Below, in pieces: positions 42,874 to 56,166 of a stretch of DNA of 64,000 bases (the first letter of the stretch is position 1; the number at the start of each line of letters is the position of its first letter). The position numbers were made by a program, and so were the translations under genes. The notes under the pieces were generated by a model that saw nothing but the letters and a program-made list of their open reading frames with translations, made no database searches and was not told where the DNA came from. The stretch comes from Lytechinus pictus. Taxonomy: Eukaryota. The stretch lies in the NCBI RefSeq assembly GCF_037042905.1, contig NC_087252.1, positions 5,830,001-5,894,000 on the forward strand, in the 5' to 3' direction.

Positions 42874-43676
42874 CAGTGCGTCCCACAAAAAAACGAAACC
42901 GAGATTTATCGATGATTTATCATAACTTAATCACAAATACAATAGACAATAAAGCTTCGAATCTCCTCTTTCATCTGAAATTACCTAGATTAATTCTTAT
43001 TCACGCATGAGTGAGCAAAAACAATTAGAAGAGGGGATACCAAAAAGTCACTTGGTGGGCTGTATCTGGGTTGAAAAAAACCCACATTTTCAAAAGTTCA
43101 GTATCTGCTCTTTAATTTTATACCTCAATTACAGAAAATGGGCAAGAAATAAAAAAGTTCTGGTTATTTGAAATAAGGCTTAAATTTCAATAATTTCATA
43201 ACATGAAGATGTTTTACAGGCTAGCGTTCAAACTCACTCGATACTCCGTTTTGTTGACGATCAGCCATGCATTAAGTCTTTTGTTAACCGTGCGATAGCT
43301 TCTGTGGGGAAACCGGTGAAAACACGTTTATTTAATGAAATTATGGAAATACAAGCATTGTTTCGAGGGAACATAACTTTTTTATTTCTTGACCATTTTC
43401 GGTGATTAACGTATCAAAAGAGAGAGCAGATATTGAAATTTTTAGGCATGTGATTGTCTCTTTGAAATTCAGATACCCCTGCCAAATGAGTTTTTGGTAT
43501 CATTTCTTCAAATTGTTTTAGCTCACTCATGCATGAATGAGGAATAATCTAAGTACTATCAGATGAAAGATGAATTTCTAAGCTTTACATTGGTAGATAA
43601 TTTTTCTATTGTATTTATGATTAAGTTATGATAAATCATCGCTAAATCTCGGTTTCGTTTTTTGTGGGACGCACTG
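42874..43676. mobile_element. Tc1/mariner-type non-autonomous element with long TIRs and TA target duplication
   Basis: TA-CAGTGCGTCCCACAAAAAAACGAAACCGAGATTT ... AAATCTCGGTTTCGTTTTTTGTGGGACGCACTG-TA. Complementarity extends roughly 300 bp inward; there is no transposase ORF. Confidence 0.88.
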
Positions 43677-45372
43677 TATAGTTGGCAGCTTTTCTCACTC
43701 ACACTAATTCCTTAAAGGGGTAAAATTTTAGTTTTAAATGTTTTTGTTTTTTGTCCCGCAAGAGTCTCTCTTTCTCTGTCATTTTCATACTGGCCCCTTA
43801 CTTGCTTGCATGTGAATTATATCACACCCCTCTCCTTATATTTTTATTTTCTGTTCCCCTATATTATGCTCGAGATTCATTAATTCCCTTTCATATCGAC
43901 ATTCTTACCATCTTTGAATTTTTATATCTCAAGGGATCCATTTGATAATCATTTATTTATTTGATAACAAATTAATAAATAGATTGATTAATTAATTTTT
44001 ATTAATTAATTGTTTCATTCATTAATTTTGAATTTCATTCATACATTCATTCATTCATCCATTTATTATTTTTAAATCTTATTTACTTATATTTTTTTTG
44101 TAATTACCTTATTAATTTGGGGTTTATTCAAGTAAATTTAGTTTGCTTAACATTTTCTCATGTATTATAATTTATTTGTCTATTTGTGCTTTTATTCATT
44201 TATAAATTAATTAATGTAATTAGTTGTCTATTTATGTCTCATTTTAAGAGGGAATGTTTGATTTATTGATTGAGTTAGAAACATGTTTTCGGTCGTTAAT
44301 CTTAGATATCATGATCTTCCACTATGCGGTAACAAGCCAATACTACCATGACCACACATGAATCTTAATAAATAGAAGCATTGGTTTGGATACTTGATTG
44401 CAATATTAGCATTTACCAATTCATCCAAATTAAACAGCGCGAGCGCACTTTCAAGACCTTCGCGATTAAAATCAGGCATGCTATTCGTGTCTGTGATATT
44501 CTACTACGTCAACCAATATTAATGACCAATAATGAAAAATTACTTCTCACAAATAAATTAAATGTTGATGTTGTCTCTCACAAACTTCCGACTTTATGAT
44601 AGCATAAAAGCACAGCGGTATTTTATTTTTATATCTGAATCGTTTTTCCCATCAAGTTTGATGGTATCTTAAATTAGATACAAGGTAATGCCATACATGC
44701 ATTGTGTACAATTAACTAGACTCCATATTTTATTTTAGACTGCATTGAATAATATTGATAATGATATATAATTTATGTCATTGAATATGCTTATAGTGTA
44801 TTTATGACAACGATTCGTTTTGTAAATGGTTGTCATAAAACAATGAAAATAATTTGTATTATACTTCATGGTCTGTTGGAATAAAAACTTAATTTGAATT
44901 TGAATTTGAGTAATACCAAAATGTATCGATATTCATTAAAGGCAAAAAGAAGCTGCTGAAAACTGCTTATCTAATAAAAAAGAGCCAATGTAGTAAATTA
45001 AGAAGTCAAAAAGGGGGCCTAAGCTTTTGATCCTAGCAAAATCTTTGTCGGAGGCAAAATGACAAACATATAAAAATATATAATATTCATTAAAAGCAGA
45101 TTGAATAGAAGATAAGAAAGATGTATGCACAATCAAACTAATGAGATTTATAGAAATTGCGGTAAAGGGTTGATTTCAGACTACCACGTAAACACCCATT
45201 TGGAAAATAAATCAAGCATAACATTGATTTGTTTTAAATGAAGTTTTCTTAGAATAGTATGCCATTTTAAAGTTTCCAATTCTTCAAAAATATTCATGCG
45301 CACTATAATGGTCTGCAAGTATACGAAAGCTGATGTTGTCACAATTTTATTTTGCATTTCTTTGTATTAAGA

Positions 45373-45406
45373 TATACATATATATGTTTATATATATATA
45401 CATATA

Positions 45407-45451
<45 letters not shown>

Positions 45452-45480
45452 ATATATATATATAAATATATATATATATA
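45373..45480. repeat. (TA)n microsatellite
   Basis: Direct inspection. Confidence 0.95.
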
Positions 45481-46340
45481 TTTGATGGTACTGGATTTCC
45501 CATAAATGTATGAGAGCAAAAATAACATTGTGGAAAGGGAAAATAAAATAAACTTTAAGATAAGTTGTGTGACGTCATCGGGTTCCATATTTGCATCTAT
45601 CAATTCTATTTTGTGCGTGGGTGTGTGTTGGGGTGTAAGTGTGTGTGCGTGGGTGAAATTTAGCAAAACGGGAAAAATGCTTTATTCAACTTTTGTATCC
45701 TCTGTCCAATGTTGATATTTTTCCAGATCTTAGCCTGATTTACATTTCTTTATTTATTTAATCATTCTCTTTTTTGTCAGGGAAAATGTACTTTTTGTGA
45801 AATGACGTCTGCTATCTTCCTAGAGATATAAACGCTTTTTTTTTTCGATGTACATGTATGTAGTAATGTAACCGAACGATCTTAAAATGATTGAAAATTT
45901 TGAAAAGGTATGAAAGTAGCTTAATAATCCGATTATCATATCATAGAGATTATTTCATAACGAAGTTGGTGCTTTTCTCAAAGGTATCAAAATTCGCCGT
46001 GTGGGTAAGAGAGGAAGATGATTAGCAAATTGTGCATACATCTCTCCCCGACTCTTTCCGTCTTCCCTTTTTTGTATCTCTGTTTTTTCTCTCTCACTCC
46101 TCCTCCTCCCTCTTCCTCTATCTCTCACGCTATGTCTACACCTTTCTCCCTGTTAACCGATGACACATGTGCATTTTAAAATTATGAAAAGTAAAAAAAA
46201 TTGAAAACACACACACACTTTTTTAAATTTATGATAACATTAAGATAGATCTTTGAATCATACATCACATTTTATAGGATATGGATTCCTTATTGTATGC
46301 CTACCATTGATCGTAAATGCACTTTAAAGAATATACTTAC

Positions 46341-46430
46341 ATCCATGTTATTCTTTGAGTATCTTGCTTCTGTAATAATAACCAAGGCCAGCAAAAAAGC
46401 AACAACTGAAAGTTTCATCCAACTCCCCAT
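46341..46430 (-). CDS. Coding exon 1 (signal peptide) of a putative CART-like secreted peptide precursor
   Basis: Minus strand ATG at 46430 reads MGSWMKLSVVAFLLALVIITEA/RYSKNNMD: basic residue, hydrophobic core and a T-E-A cleavage site. It ends at a consensus donor GAT|GTAAGT, phase 0. A TATAAA box lies about 65 nt upstream of the ATG. Confidence 0.85.
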
Positions 46431-46494
46431 TCTGATGCTCTGAAAAGTCGATTCCTCGAATCTAATATTGTTCACACAATAGTGTGAGGGTCAA

Positions 46495-46533
46495 TTTATA
46501 CGCAGTCTTATCAGCTTTTCACAGGGAATTCCA
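46495..46533 (-). promoter_or_regulatory. Core promoter of the CART-like gene: TATA box and kappaB-like palindrome
   Basis: TATAAA on the minus strand at 46495-46500 implies a TSS near 46470. GGGAATTCC lies at 46524-46532. Confidence 0.5.
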
Positions 46534-48728
46534 AAAAGTTAACTCCAAAGATATGGGACACTTTCTAATGCGTGATTAAGCTTTTCGTTTGGAAAAGTGA
46601 TGTAGATTTTGGAAGCGAAAGTGGCGTCGCCGGGCACTTGCAATGGAAAAGCATAAACGTTGCAAACGCGTGCGCATTTTAGTTTGCGTGCGTACCTCGG
46701 AACCGCCAAAAGCATTGGTTCTCATTTCACTAGGATGCCAAATATACTTATTCTACCTGTATTTTCTTTTCTGCATCAAATCATCTGTATTACATACTAT
46801 CTTTCAACCACTACAAAATAACACATAGCACATATGTATGGTAAAATAATACAAATGACAACCCAAACAGAGTATGTTTTTTTAATATCAATAACAATTT
46901 TTCACCATCGTCTATTTATGATACAAATTTGTTATTTTGAAAATGAATGTAATGTTCAACGGAGTGATAAAATTTCAATAAAAGCGTTCAACGATTGGAC
47001 ATACAAAAACAGTATAAATAGTGAAATTAATTTCAACTCCTACATTTTCATAAAATCAAAATAAGGTATCGTTTTATACATTTCGTAAAATGAATACTTC
47101 GAATATTTTTCATCTTTATCAATATCAAATATAACTATTAAGGTTTTTCTACTTCACACAAAAGTTGCCAAATAAGATTAGTAAAATGTTTTGTATTGGT
47201 AATTCTGTACAATATCAAAATGCACGTATGAGTAGTTTGTATCATTTATGGATGGAAGGAAAAAGCTATACGTTTTAGTTTCCCCTTAATCTGGAACTCT
47301 GTACCTAATTTTGTTCGCTCATGCAATTATCTCTCCCTCTTTAAAAGAAGTTTGAAACAATACTTTACTTCAAAATATGTATAATTTAGCAGCTTCGATA
47401 CTTTTTTATGCACACAATATTGACCTCTTCAAACATGTGTTAACTATCATATTTTGTGTATATATCTTTCACCCCTTACTTATGTCACCTATGTTTATAT
47501 ATATATATATATATATTTGATTTTATTATGATATGCAAAGTAGCCTCCATATAAGCATTTGATTGTTAAGGAGACTTTATCTCACAAGGCCATTATTGTT
47601 TTTTAAGTCCTCCTATTTCACTTCTTCTATATATGACTATACAGGCCGAACTATATCTTGTGTATCTATCTTAAGCTATTGTTGTAAGATTTATTCGCTT
47701 TATCTGTATACTTGATGTGTATATTTGATGTAAATATGTACTCATTATTTCTAGAGATGAAATAAATAAGAACTAAAGTGAACTAAAATTTCAAGCGACA
47801 AATATTTTATCGAAGACCATCACACGCCATGCAGATTTGCTTTTGCTCAATAAGCAACTGTCTAGGGCCAACGAAAAGTGTCGTCTTCCTTCGATATCTT
47901 TATAATAACTCTTACCGAGGGAGCAAAGGTTAAAAGTTATGAAAAATGCACAAACAGACTATTACTACACTAGATAACACACCTGACGATTTTTTATCAA
48001 AGAAATTATCATTGGGGAAATTACGAAATTATTTGACTTCAGAAATGTTTCATGAAAACAGTATGCATACCACATGCAATAGGTGGGCTAATGACATCAC
48101 ATTCCAACTATTCATGGAAGATGAAGAGAGGTGGTGTATGTAAAGTATATCTCCCTGGTAACGAATAAGTGTTTATTTCGTATTATTCGATGGATGTGTC
48201 TCCTTGATGTCTTATTCTATTTCTATATCATCTTACTTCAGTTATGGTTTCTATATAACATGTTTACAATGTCACTGTATTCATATCCAATGTATGGAAT
48301 GTCTATAGCATTTTTTTTTCTTTACTCTTTTCATACATGTAAATCATAATATATGGTGAAAATTATTACACATGGACTGATGTGTTACTCGTAGCACCCA
48401 GGAATAACATTTATTCAGCATTAGAATTTACTCCGAAGTCCGAATGAACAAAATTGAAATTAATGAATAAACAATTCGATTTAAATATAATAATTACAGG
48501 TCTTGATTTGGGGTTACCTTAATCTGAATGGGAAAATATTCAAATAAATTTAGACTATATAATGTGTTTTTTCTGAATGAATTGTGTAAAATGATAATAA
48601 TAAAATAAAATATATACAAACACTAATCATGCAAAGAACGATAGAAGAATAGATATAGAAAAACACGCATGTATATAGAGAGAAAGATAAATAGAGAAAG
48701 GAGGGGAGGGAGAGAGAGGTGAAGAGAT

Positions 48729-48729
<1 letters not shown>

Positions 48730-48799
<70 letters not shown>

Positions 48800-48840
48800 T
48801 ACAGATGGATAGATAGATAGATAGATATATAGATAAATAG
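48730..48840. repeat. (GATA)n microsatellite
   Basis: Direct inspection. Confidence 0.95.
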
Positions 48841-51160
48841 GTAGAGAGAGAGAGAAAGAGAGATAGGGGAAGAGACAAAGAGAGATACATAGATAGCTGG
48901 AGGGAAAGATATGAGAGACAATCGGGGGCGGAGAAGGGATTTAGGGTAGACTTAATTAAAACTTTTGGGATAGACGATCAAAATGAATAAAACCGTCCAT
49001 TAGCTTGGCAAATGGGCATTCAAAAATGATAATAAATAATTCAAAGTTAGCTGTACAAATACTTGTACTTTAGAACTGCATCCAACTGGAAAATAACATT
49101 GAATAATGCTATAGATAAGACAACACAAAAACAGTAATATTAAATCTCTGCCGTGTCCGGTTTTCTGGACCCGTTTATGGTGTCTTTCAAAGAACGATGC
49201 GCTTAGCAAAATGCCAATGAGCGTAGAAGAAACCTCCGAAAGTAGTAAAATCCATGGAATGTCATGTTTTCAAGAGCTGGCCCTATACATAAACATGGGT
49301 TTCTCCGAATAAAGTAGTAATTTGCTTTCATTGAAACGTCTTCAGTTGGCATGACCCTTTCTGAAGATAATTCATTTATTGGCTAATTCGCATTCGTGGC
49401 ATAGATTTCTGACATTCTCTGCGAAGTATTACTCCATCAATCTTGTCTTTCAATAACTTAGCCCTGGGGTGGGATGTATAAAGGGAAACTGTCAACGTTG
49501 GTGTTTCTGTTTGAAAAGCATACTACCCTCTCTAAAAATGATCCAATACCGACATCGTGGTGGGAAGCCTAGCATCTTCTTCCTTGTATCATTCCTCCGC
49601 TGTATCGGAGATCCGCAGTTTAATACAAAAACAAATGTTGCGCTGATAATCTGAGCTCATTTACACAGTTTATTTAAATAAACATCTTGGTCCACATGTT
49701 AATTTTAGAAAAAATGAATGATGCTACACAATCAAATTTGTTTACGAAAAATGAATGTATTTTAAATCACGTTTATTGAACTTTCTCTTTATGTTGCATG
49801 TGCAAAAACAAAAAAGAACAACTGAGTGATTGACATAGAATACTGCCAGCAGAATCGTTTTAGTTTATACGTAAGAAAAGCAGGCTGTGTGATCATGGAC
49901 CTATTACATGGTGTGATGGCTTGACCCTCGGCGCTAGTTGGGACTTTAGTATTTATCCTCTTGGTTGATTATCAACCATCGTCTTCATATCGTCGAGCAA
50001 ATCACATTAAAAGTTAGGAAAAAGGGTGTATTTTTGTTTCAGATGGGTTTGTAATTGAAATAACATAGCATTTAATCTCAAGTATTTATTCAGAATAATG
50101 AAGATAAGGATTAGGGTTTATTTAGTTTTGGAGGCTGTGTTTTATGTTTGCCTTTAGCGTGCAGATCGTCCATAGGAGCAATTTTCGCCCGAGCATATGT
50201 CATGGAAACCGAGTAAAACATGCCTGGCAATTCATGGAAAAAAGTCACATGCTAATACAATAATTAGCGAGTTCACGCAACGGGAACGGATTTTAGAACA
50301 TAGAAAATGTATTGCAATTGCTCGTAAAATTACACGTCACAGGCGAGAGGTCTTTGTGAAAATTGGCGAAGCGGGACCGTATTCGATGCTGACGAATATG
50401 TCGTGTGTAGAGTCACGGACGAAAGTGCTGTTTATATTAAATGAATCTTGAAAAGAAAAGACTACTTTGTCATGAAGGGTTTGAGACAATAGTGTCTCTA
50501 TGTTTCCGAATAGAAAACTTCCTATTAAGAACTCAAGCAGTTGTATTCTCTGCCAAATGCCAATAGATGGCAGCAAACGCGAATAATCTGCTTGAATGGA
50601 TTGATGTCGGGTGCAAATATCTATCGAGATATAAATCTGACAATGACTAATTTGTGAAATAACTCAACCGCTTTACACTCAGCTAACGAGAGATGTGTAA
50701 TCCCCAGTAACATAAGTTTGTACTGTAACTGTTGTCGACTTGGTATTCACGATAATTCAGAGATATTAACAAACAATAATGATGATGGCGATACTACTTA
50801 TAACAATGAAGACGATGATTATGACGATGGTAAAAGATGATGAAAACGAAAAAAATCTAACAATGAATAGCGCCAACATTCACAACAGTAAACCACAATC
50901 AATATCTTAAAAATAACACCCAAAAAATGCAATAGCATGAATTAAACAAAATCATTTATTCAAAAATATGTAGCTAAAGCTGAGAACATATAGGCCAATA
51001 TTGATTTAGTAGACTTGAGAGTGTGAGGCAGTCTACAGGTACATTTTTACCCCTTTGCCCTACGCCTGGAAACAATGAATTAAAATACGCATTAAATCAC
51101 CCCTAAAATAATAATAAATACCAATAAATAATGATAATTATGGCTATGATAATGAAAACA

Positions 51161-51270
51161 ATACTATTACTACTACTACTGCCACTGCTGCTACTACCAC
51201 TACTACTATACTACTACTACTAATACTACCACTACTTCTTCTTCTTCTATACTTTTTTTTCTACTACTAT

Positions 51271-51322
<52 letters not shown>

Positions 51323-51500
51323 GCTACTACTACTTCTTTTTCTATACTTCTTCTACTACCTCTATTACTACTACTACTACTACTACTACTATACTACTAC
51401 TACTACTACTTCTTCCTCTATATACTTCTTCTACTACCTCTATTACTACTACTACTACTAATACTACTACTACTACTACTGCTACTACTAGTACTAAAAT
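51161..51500. repeat. (CTA)n compound microsatellite upstream of the Ig gene
   Basis: Direct inspection; contains a duplicated interruption ctatacttcttctactacctctatt. Confidence 0.95.
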
Positions 51501-51765
51501 AATACTAATGATACTACTGATAATAATAATGGTGATGACAATAATAACAATAACAATGATAATAATAGCAAACATAAATACTTTGATCGAACACTATTTT
51601 TTCATGTTTTTTCATCATTGGCACTTCAACGATCATGATTGTTAAAATAGCAGAATAATAAAACAAACGTCCATACTACTAATACTGTTTGATAATGGTT
51701 ACATTGGTGATCGTTGTAAAAAGTTGGTTTGACATTGTTAGTAGATAGTCCAAGTCCACACCATG

Positions 51766-51839
51766 GCCAATTCCACTACATGCCTACTCTACTTTTGACC
51801 AATCAAATTAGAGGCCGGATAGTTATTACCATGACGTCA
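51766..51839 (+). promoter_or_regulatory. Proximal promoter of the Ig-domain gene: CCAAT boxes plus a full CRE
   Basis: CCAAT near 51767 and 51799, and TGACGTCA at 51832-51839, about 250 nt upstream of the ATG at 52087 in a locally GC-richer stretch. Confidence 0.5.
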
Positions 51840-52086
51840 CATTTGAAAGTAACAGGTGTCGGTGCGTTGTCGCACACGAAGTGGAGTATGAGAGGGTTGT
51901 TCCTTGAGCGAGTATTTGTTAGAGAGTGAACTAAACTGAATTGGAGGCACCAACATTGCTACTTCTGCGGCATTCAGGAAGGACTAATCAGACATCAGGT
52001 ATGAAAGCAAATTGGAGTAATTAGGAGCGAGCAAAACAAAGCTACTTTTTAGATCTTATTGGACTGTATTCAACCTGCCCATCGCC

Positions 52087-52171
52087 ATGATGGTTGTTTC
52101 TGGAGGACTAACATGCCGGATGTTATGGCCAATCGCCGTTTGTCTCCTCGCTTGTGCTCTTAATGCAGCAG
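52087..52171 (+). CDS. Ig-superfamily protein, coding exon 1 (signal peptide)
   Basis: GCCATGA start context; reads MMVVSGGLTCRMLWPIAVCLLACALNAA(G). Donor CAG|GTACGT, phase 1, compatible with the next exon. Confidence 0.8.
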
Positions 52172-55040
52172 GTACGTACACTATCTTGTATGTTTCTCTC
52201 TATATCCACTGCAGGTATAATATATACCGGTAGGTATAATTTATGTTATGCTCATCAGAAGTTGTTCAAACAGCCAAAGTCACATCGTTTTTTTAACAAT
52301 GATACGTTGTTTTATGCAGGTGAATTGGCTACTTAAAGGGGATATGCGGACGTACCACACATGCCAAAGGCACCCCCTTTTTGCATTGAATCGTATCTAT
52401 TCTTTTTTGATAATCAGATTGTTTTGCATTGTTAACAAATACAAATTCTTGATATCATGATTTTAAATCTTGAAATCGGATTAATGATATAAGGCAAATT
52501 ATGCTTAATTTATACCTCAGCCAACCTGGTTTGATAGCCCATCAATTTCATTTGTTTTCTCAATAAAACATAGGTAGGTGACCTTTGGCGATTTTTCATA
52601 AACTTAGAAAGTATGACTTAAAACTCGTTCTTAAACTCATAGTTCCGTGTGATACAAAAAAAATACAAATCATCAAAATGGTCAGATCGTTATCAGGGAA
52701 AAGGCTCCCACTTCATCGAAATTGAGATTGGCATTGGATGATTAAAGTTTCCCCGTAAGCAAACTTTAAATCAAATATTACACATTGTAAATCAGCCACC
52801 TTATATGCATGCGCTGTATCATTTTTTTTATGGAAAGGGGGGATGTAAAGAAAAACGCACAGAGGAAAGTTCATGGGTGTGTGGGTTGGTGCGAGGGGAG
52901 GGGCGTGTCAAAGAGAGAGAGATAGAGATAGAAAGAAAGAGAGTAGGTGAGAAAATGCGCACATGGGAAGGGGTGACATGGTAATATTTAAACAAAAAAA
53001 ACTTGATTTAACTTCTCCAAGGTTCCAGGGGCCCGTAATTGACACTACTTAATTACATGAACGAAATACCCGGGTAACTAATGAATTATCAAATAATGTC
53101 TTCTTGAAAACCGAGAACAAGTGCCCCCGCAACTGACAGCTGCATGGCATCGAAGGGAATTAAAAGGAAGGAACTTGAAGAGTGGTTTACCTGCACAAAC
53201 TCGCATTGGCCTCTGTGACACGACCTTAGTCATCATCTTAAAACGAATACACGGAATAGTTTGAAAGTATTATCAAATTAGGAATAATGACGTTATATGT
53301 CCCTTGCCTCCCAAGTTTAGAGGGGGCGGCAAAAGGGCAGAAACAAAAAAGGTCATTTTTGGTCATGAGCATGAAAATTTGTTTTTAAATGCATTTACAA
53401 TGCATATAAGTATTCATTAAATGCTGCTGGACTTTTTCAAGTGAATATAAACTGTTAGACAAACTTAACATTTTAATTAACGATTTTGACAGCAAAAAAT
53501 AAGCAAACGAATAAACAAAAAAAAACCTGTAAAAATATAAGAATAATACGGATTGTACTATCTCTAAAGTTTTATCACGATTATTTGAGTTTTATTTCGT
53601 TTTATTTTGATTCGATTGATTTGATTTTATCATTATTATCTAAAAATTACAGCAATTATTTGTCTATGTATTTCAATGAATCATTATTCCGTAAATACAT
53701 ACAATCTCGGGGAGGCGGACGAGGGGGGGGGGTCGTATTCATTTTGAAATCTAGGGCCTCGGGAGAACATCCATTTCATTAGCTCTTTTACTTTTTCATT
53801 CGTCCTCAATAAAATGAAGAAAGAAACCCTAATCGAAAACACCTCCTGATTCTTTTCACTTTTTTTCATCGGGGTTTGTAAGTTGCAGAATGTAGCAGAT
53901 TTTTTCCCTTTCCCGTCTAAACGAAAGTTTACCAGGTCTCAGAATCCATGCTACTGTCATCGCCTCCGCTCTTAATTTCCTCCCCGTAATACCCCCTGCT
54001 AGTATTCCTCCACGTTTAAAGGGAAATCCGTATTGTGAGGAAGATGAAGACAATAATTTGAGTTCATTTATTTTTAATGTTACTAAGGCAAAATGTTATA
54101 TCTAAAAATGGCATTTATTATGATCGATTGCTCTTCACATTCCCTCTCAATTCTTATGTCCACGGTGACCTAAATAGGCAAAATGTATGGTCGAATATTT
54201 ACGTGTAGTCCCATACACGCGATTATATGTGTGCAGTGGTTGTGAAGTGCCACAAGATAGAGTTTGCATCTAATAACATCATTTATAAATCTTTAGTTAT
54301 GAATCATTTTTGTTATCTTCTAATCAAAATTTCTTAATCACATCGAGTCATTTTTAACGCTTTCTGCGTTAAGTGTTTATAGGCAACACGTGTGTTCAAA
54401 ATGGTCAATAGAAATTGCATGTCTATAGAATGGTCCATTTAGTCCTGTTATCCCTCACAGTATACTTATGAACAACCAATTACACTGTTAAATCTCATCG
54501 AAATACTCTTTCAAGTCTCTAAACAATTTTATTCAGAGAGACAGAAAAAATAAAGATATTCCAAATATGATGCTGTTGGAAATAGAAACACAAACACACA
54601 CGGGTATACAGTATCTTCACATCTTCATACATAATTACTTTAAGGATATTACCTTTAATATATTTTGAAATAAGCTTTAAAAATTATATATACACTGGCT
54701 CCCCAAAATTTCTAAGACGAAGTAAAAAAAAAATGAAAACAGGAAAGGAAGGGAAATGAAAAAGAGTAAAATATATCTTTTTGTCAATATCTAGTTCTAG
54801 ATTTGATTTTAATTTTCAAACAGATGGAAAATCTTCCACTCCTTTATTTATTGAAAATTTGCTCCATACGACTTGTTGCGAACCCTCATGAACTTTGCTG
54901 ATTACACCTAACACTCATATGTCATTATTATCATTGTCATCATTTTTATGATTATTATAAATATTTTTCTCATTACTATTATCACCATGGCCATCATCAT
55001 TTATGCATCAGTGATTCGTTATCATTTATATTTAATGTAG

Positions 55041-55192
55041 GTCTACAACTAGCTACACAGGCCAGACAGGACCTTATGAGCCCAGAAGGAACCAAAATCT
55101 TTGAAATGACCTGCCCCGTGTCAGGGGTCATGGGTCAAGTTTACTACAGATGGCAATACTCACCGGCAATGCATCTTACACCTGGAAATGAG
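55041..55192 (+). CDS. Ig-superfamily protein, exon 2 (first half of Ig domain 1)
   Basis: tttaatgtag|GT CTA...; reads LQLATQARQDLMSPEGTKIFEMTCPVSGVMGQVYYRWQYSPAMHLTPGNE with B-strand Cys (MTCP) and C-strand Trp (YRWQ). Donor GAG|GTTGGA, phase 0. Confidence 0.8.
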
Positions 55193-55859
55193 GTTGGATA
55201 GTTTGATATTGTACACATTACTTGTTAGTGTTTGGGCTTTAAAAAACCCTTTTACTATACTATGGTTACTTTTGATGCAAGGAAAGTTACACCACACTTC
55301 AAAACAGTTGATTTGACACATTTTTACCATTTCATCATACAGATAACTAGTTTTGGTAAATAAGGAAGTGAATATCAGATTTAAAATAAATGTTATTATA
55401 ACAACTCTTTTTTTTTCATTTTCCCCATTTGATCTTTGAAGCCTAATGTTACTATCTTAATATTATTAGAAGCTGTCTATATTCACCAAATTATGTACCA
55501 CAATAAGAATAAATAGAATATAATGCATGGAAATATGATGTAAGAGAAAGGTTGGTCTATATATTTGTTGTTGATATTTGTGAGGTGTAGATTATGATGA
55601 AAAAGGAAAAGATATACATGTTGGATATAGACTTGCATCTGGAATCATTTGAAATTCAAGCTTTTATCGATTCGATATTATCTAATTTCATCCATTAAGT
55701 AATCCCTAGGTAAGAACAAAAATCTGTTTTCACTGGTCGCAAATATCCTATGGACGATAATTGTTCCTAGTTGGTACCGAATCAGCTGGAAAACCAGCTT
55801 TTTGTACAGTTGCTTGTGATATTTAAATCAGGCTCCTGGATTACGATGTTAAGCCATCA

Positions 55860-56061
55860 CACTCTTAAAACAAATCAGTCAAACTGACTAGACAAGTAGT
55901 CAATTGGATGCAACTGATATGCTAGTCACCTTTTCTGACATATATTATAGTTAGAAATAACTCTGTTCTAGTAAAATACGACTAGAAAATAGTCAAATAT
56001 GACTAAGAATAACAGTTGCACCCAGCTGACCCTATTAACTAGTCATTTTGACTGATTTGTT
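55860..56061. mobile_element. Palindromic MITE remnant with CACTC left terminus
   Basis: cactcttaaaacaaatcagtcaaactgactag pairs with ctagtcattttgactgatttgtt; tgcaactg pairs with cagttgca internally. The right terminus is truncated. Confidence 0.6.
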
Positions 56062-56166
56062 AGTTTACTGAAGATGTCAAGCTTTTTGACACGCAGTTAT
56101 GTTTAAAGTTATAAAAAAAGAGAAATATTTTCTTAAACATTTTGTTCTTTTCCTCTCGCTTTTCAG

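Noticed and set aside
48550..48921. ORFs with (SIYL)n repeats, also at 62721-62964
   Set aside because: Translation of (GATA)n microsatellites.
51999..52052. Short 5'UTR intron in the Ig gene (CAG|GTATGA ... ttttag)
   Set aside because: Only 54 nt; cannot be supported without transcript data.
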